NCBI GenBank assembly: GCA_002633005.1
Contig: NMRA01000031.1
Location: 781,185-845,184, forward strand
Origin: Phoronis australis
Taxonomy: Eukaryota > Animalia > Phoronida
Reading direction: 5' to 3'
DNA length: 64,000 bases
The notes under the pieces were generated by a model. It was given only the letters and a program-made list of their open reading frames with translations. It searched no databases and was not told the origin of the DNA. Shown here one piece after another: positions 62,031 through 64,000 of the stretch. Numbering within the stretch: position 1 is the stretch's first letter; each line of letters opens with the position of its first letter. Both the position numbers and the translations under genes were made by a program.

Positions 62031-64000
62031 GAAAATGCCGAGAAGCATAGCATTACCAATACTAGAAAAGTGAAAATGTAAAATAGGTGTTGAAAAATGA
62101 CCTCGCTCGTACCACTTGTACGGGTGCGGACCATACGTTTGGCGTTATTTTCGGATTTTTTGTTTGAGCGTACATTTTATGAGCTCAAATTCTGGAATAC
62201 GATTGGCAAATATGGTGTACATCTCTTATCTTCAAGCAAACATTTCTGCCTGTGTCGAGCGCTAGTTACAGTGTTTAATAATTTTTGTGCAATATTTGTT
62301 GCACTGTGTGGAATGTGTAGTGTGGAGGCTCGGCTGCTCGGAATTGTGTTATTATAGGGCAGGTTGTTCTAGACTAGAGTAACTCCTGTGAACACCACTA
62401 TAATCACTAGTTACTGTTATACACACCAGCTTTGCCATGTTGGTGATCAGTCGTCTATTCTCTTTCTATACAGACAAACAGTTTTCGCTTTATTAATTTT
62501 CTTCCCTACTGCTTTTGCCTGTCATCTCAAGCTTTAAAAGGGAATAAACTGAGACACCGTCTGCCAATAGCTGTTACAAAGCCATGGCACCATAGATATT
62601 GATGGCACTGGGTTCCTTCTTGAGGTTAGTAACCATTTTTAGCTTGAGTTGAGACCACGCCATGTATTGCTGGCCACAACTGGTCAGTTTCAGTGGTCAA
62701 GATAGTATGGTCATCAGAGGAATTCCAGGTAATTTATTACAATGAATGGACAATGCCATGGCCTCCCAAGTAATTCTTGTAATGAATGGTCAATGGCATG
62801 GCCTCCCAAGTAATTATTGCCGGTTTTTACTCACCTTGTAGGTGTTCAGTCAAAGGGTCTTCAGTACAGGCCACAAAATGGTGAAACAGTGAAAAAGGGA
62901 AGAAAACTTTACTTCATCATTTCCAAAGTTTATTTTGAATAACTGTCATCAATGGACACACAATGAAATTTGAGCTAACTTTAGCTTTTGGAAGTTGAAA
63001 ATGTTTATTTTGGCTATTATTTTTCTTCAAATTTTAGGGGATTTTACAGTTGTTATCTTTGTGGTCATCTCACCACAGGTCCATTCATGGAAGTGACTTT
63101 AAGGCCTTTTCATACTTTCTTAACTCTGGTATGAGCCGAGCATCATCATAAACTGTGAAATAAACTGAATTGTTCATACTAGCTTTGGTAGTTAACGGAC
63201 ATTGAAGTAAATGGTAGGTGATGCTGTCGTCATTGAAGTAATTGCGAGATAGCATCCCATGCACGCTAAGATTTTTTCAGTGTGACAATTTGAGAACATT
63301 TATGTGTGCTAATTGGCATAAAACTTATTTCTAATTCTATTGGTGATTACTCGAGCAAAACAGAAGCAACTATTAGCTTCAACACTGCCCTTTAATTGTT
63401 GACGATAACAGTGGCCTCTGGCGATAACTTCGATGGGACCAAAGTTGACCGTTCATACCACACTGCAGCGTTGATGTTCCGCTGTTAATCCACCTGTTTA
63501 CTGCGAATTAACTCAATGTTGATAACTTTGATCCAGGACCGAAGTTAACCATTCATACTGACCGCAACTACCCAAAACGTAGATGCCTGGCCATTGATAT
63601 AAAAGAGCTTATAGACATAAACATTTAGCCGAGTAATTATGAGCATATCGCAGTTTAGAAACACTTTATAGAAATTATATAAGAAACTAGCAGTTATGCG
63701 TACATTCTCAGAGACTGTGTTTTTGCACAAGTGAGGTTTAATTATTTCCGAAATAGTTGTGAGCATGAGCAGCACTGGACCAAACTTCTGTCAGTCTTAA
63801 GTCACTTTTTCATGACACAGGCCCTTGGTATATAGCCCTGATTCAAATTCATTATGAGTTTGAGAGCTAGTGTCTGATAACCCTGGCAATTAACTGCGTT
63901 TGCTCAGAATTTTAATTACCTTTCTTTGTTGTTGTATCACATTTGGAAAATGGATACAAACTGTTCAGCCAACACAGATGTGAATTGCTTTTGTTTCTAA

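Noticed and set aside
1-64000. Prokaryote-type systems (operons, CRISPR-Cas, defence islands)
   Set aside because: The DNA is eukaryotic, with GT-AG introns and low coding density, and shows no such genes.

Overview
Eukaryotic (animal, most likely protostome/lophotrochozoan) genomic DNA with spliceosomal introns. Three host genes can be built by hand: (1) a B-type muscarinic acetylcholine receptor with an intronless CDS (18672-20657, +); (2) a 12-coding-exon GH65 glycosidase of the PGGHG/acid-trehalase-like family (37643-26934, -, 787 aa) with a candidate signal peptide and a hydrophobic C-terminal tail; (3) a 7-exon CCDC169 homologue (44219-52245, +, 227 aa) divergent from the GH65 gene. The rest is non-coding and rich in transposon remains: a four-insertion nest inside a decayed PIF/Harbinger element (6869-10062, including a Kolobok derivative with THAP and KolX remnants), an ISL2EU-like element, a Helentron-associated element with a tandem array of CTCF-like motifs, and many MITEs. 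The most striking feature is a 540-bp miniature LTR retrotransposon (44733-45272) whose LTRs each carry a tRNA-like Pol III promoter, with a tRNA-Ser primer-binding site and a polypurine tract (Helenus/TRIMp3-like). A possible solo LTR of similar design lies at 20998-21151. All family assignments come from motif recognition by eye; no database searches were run.
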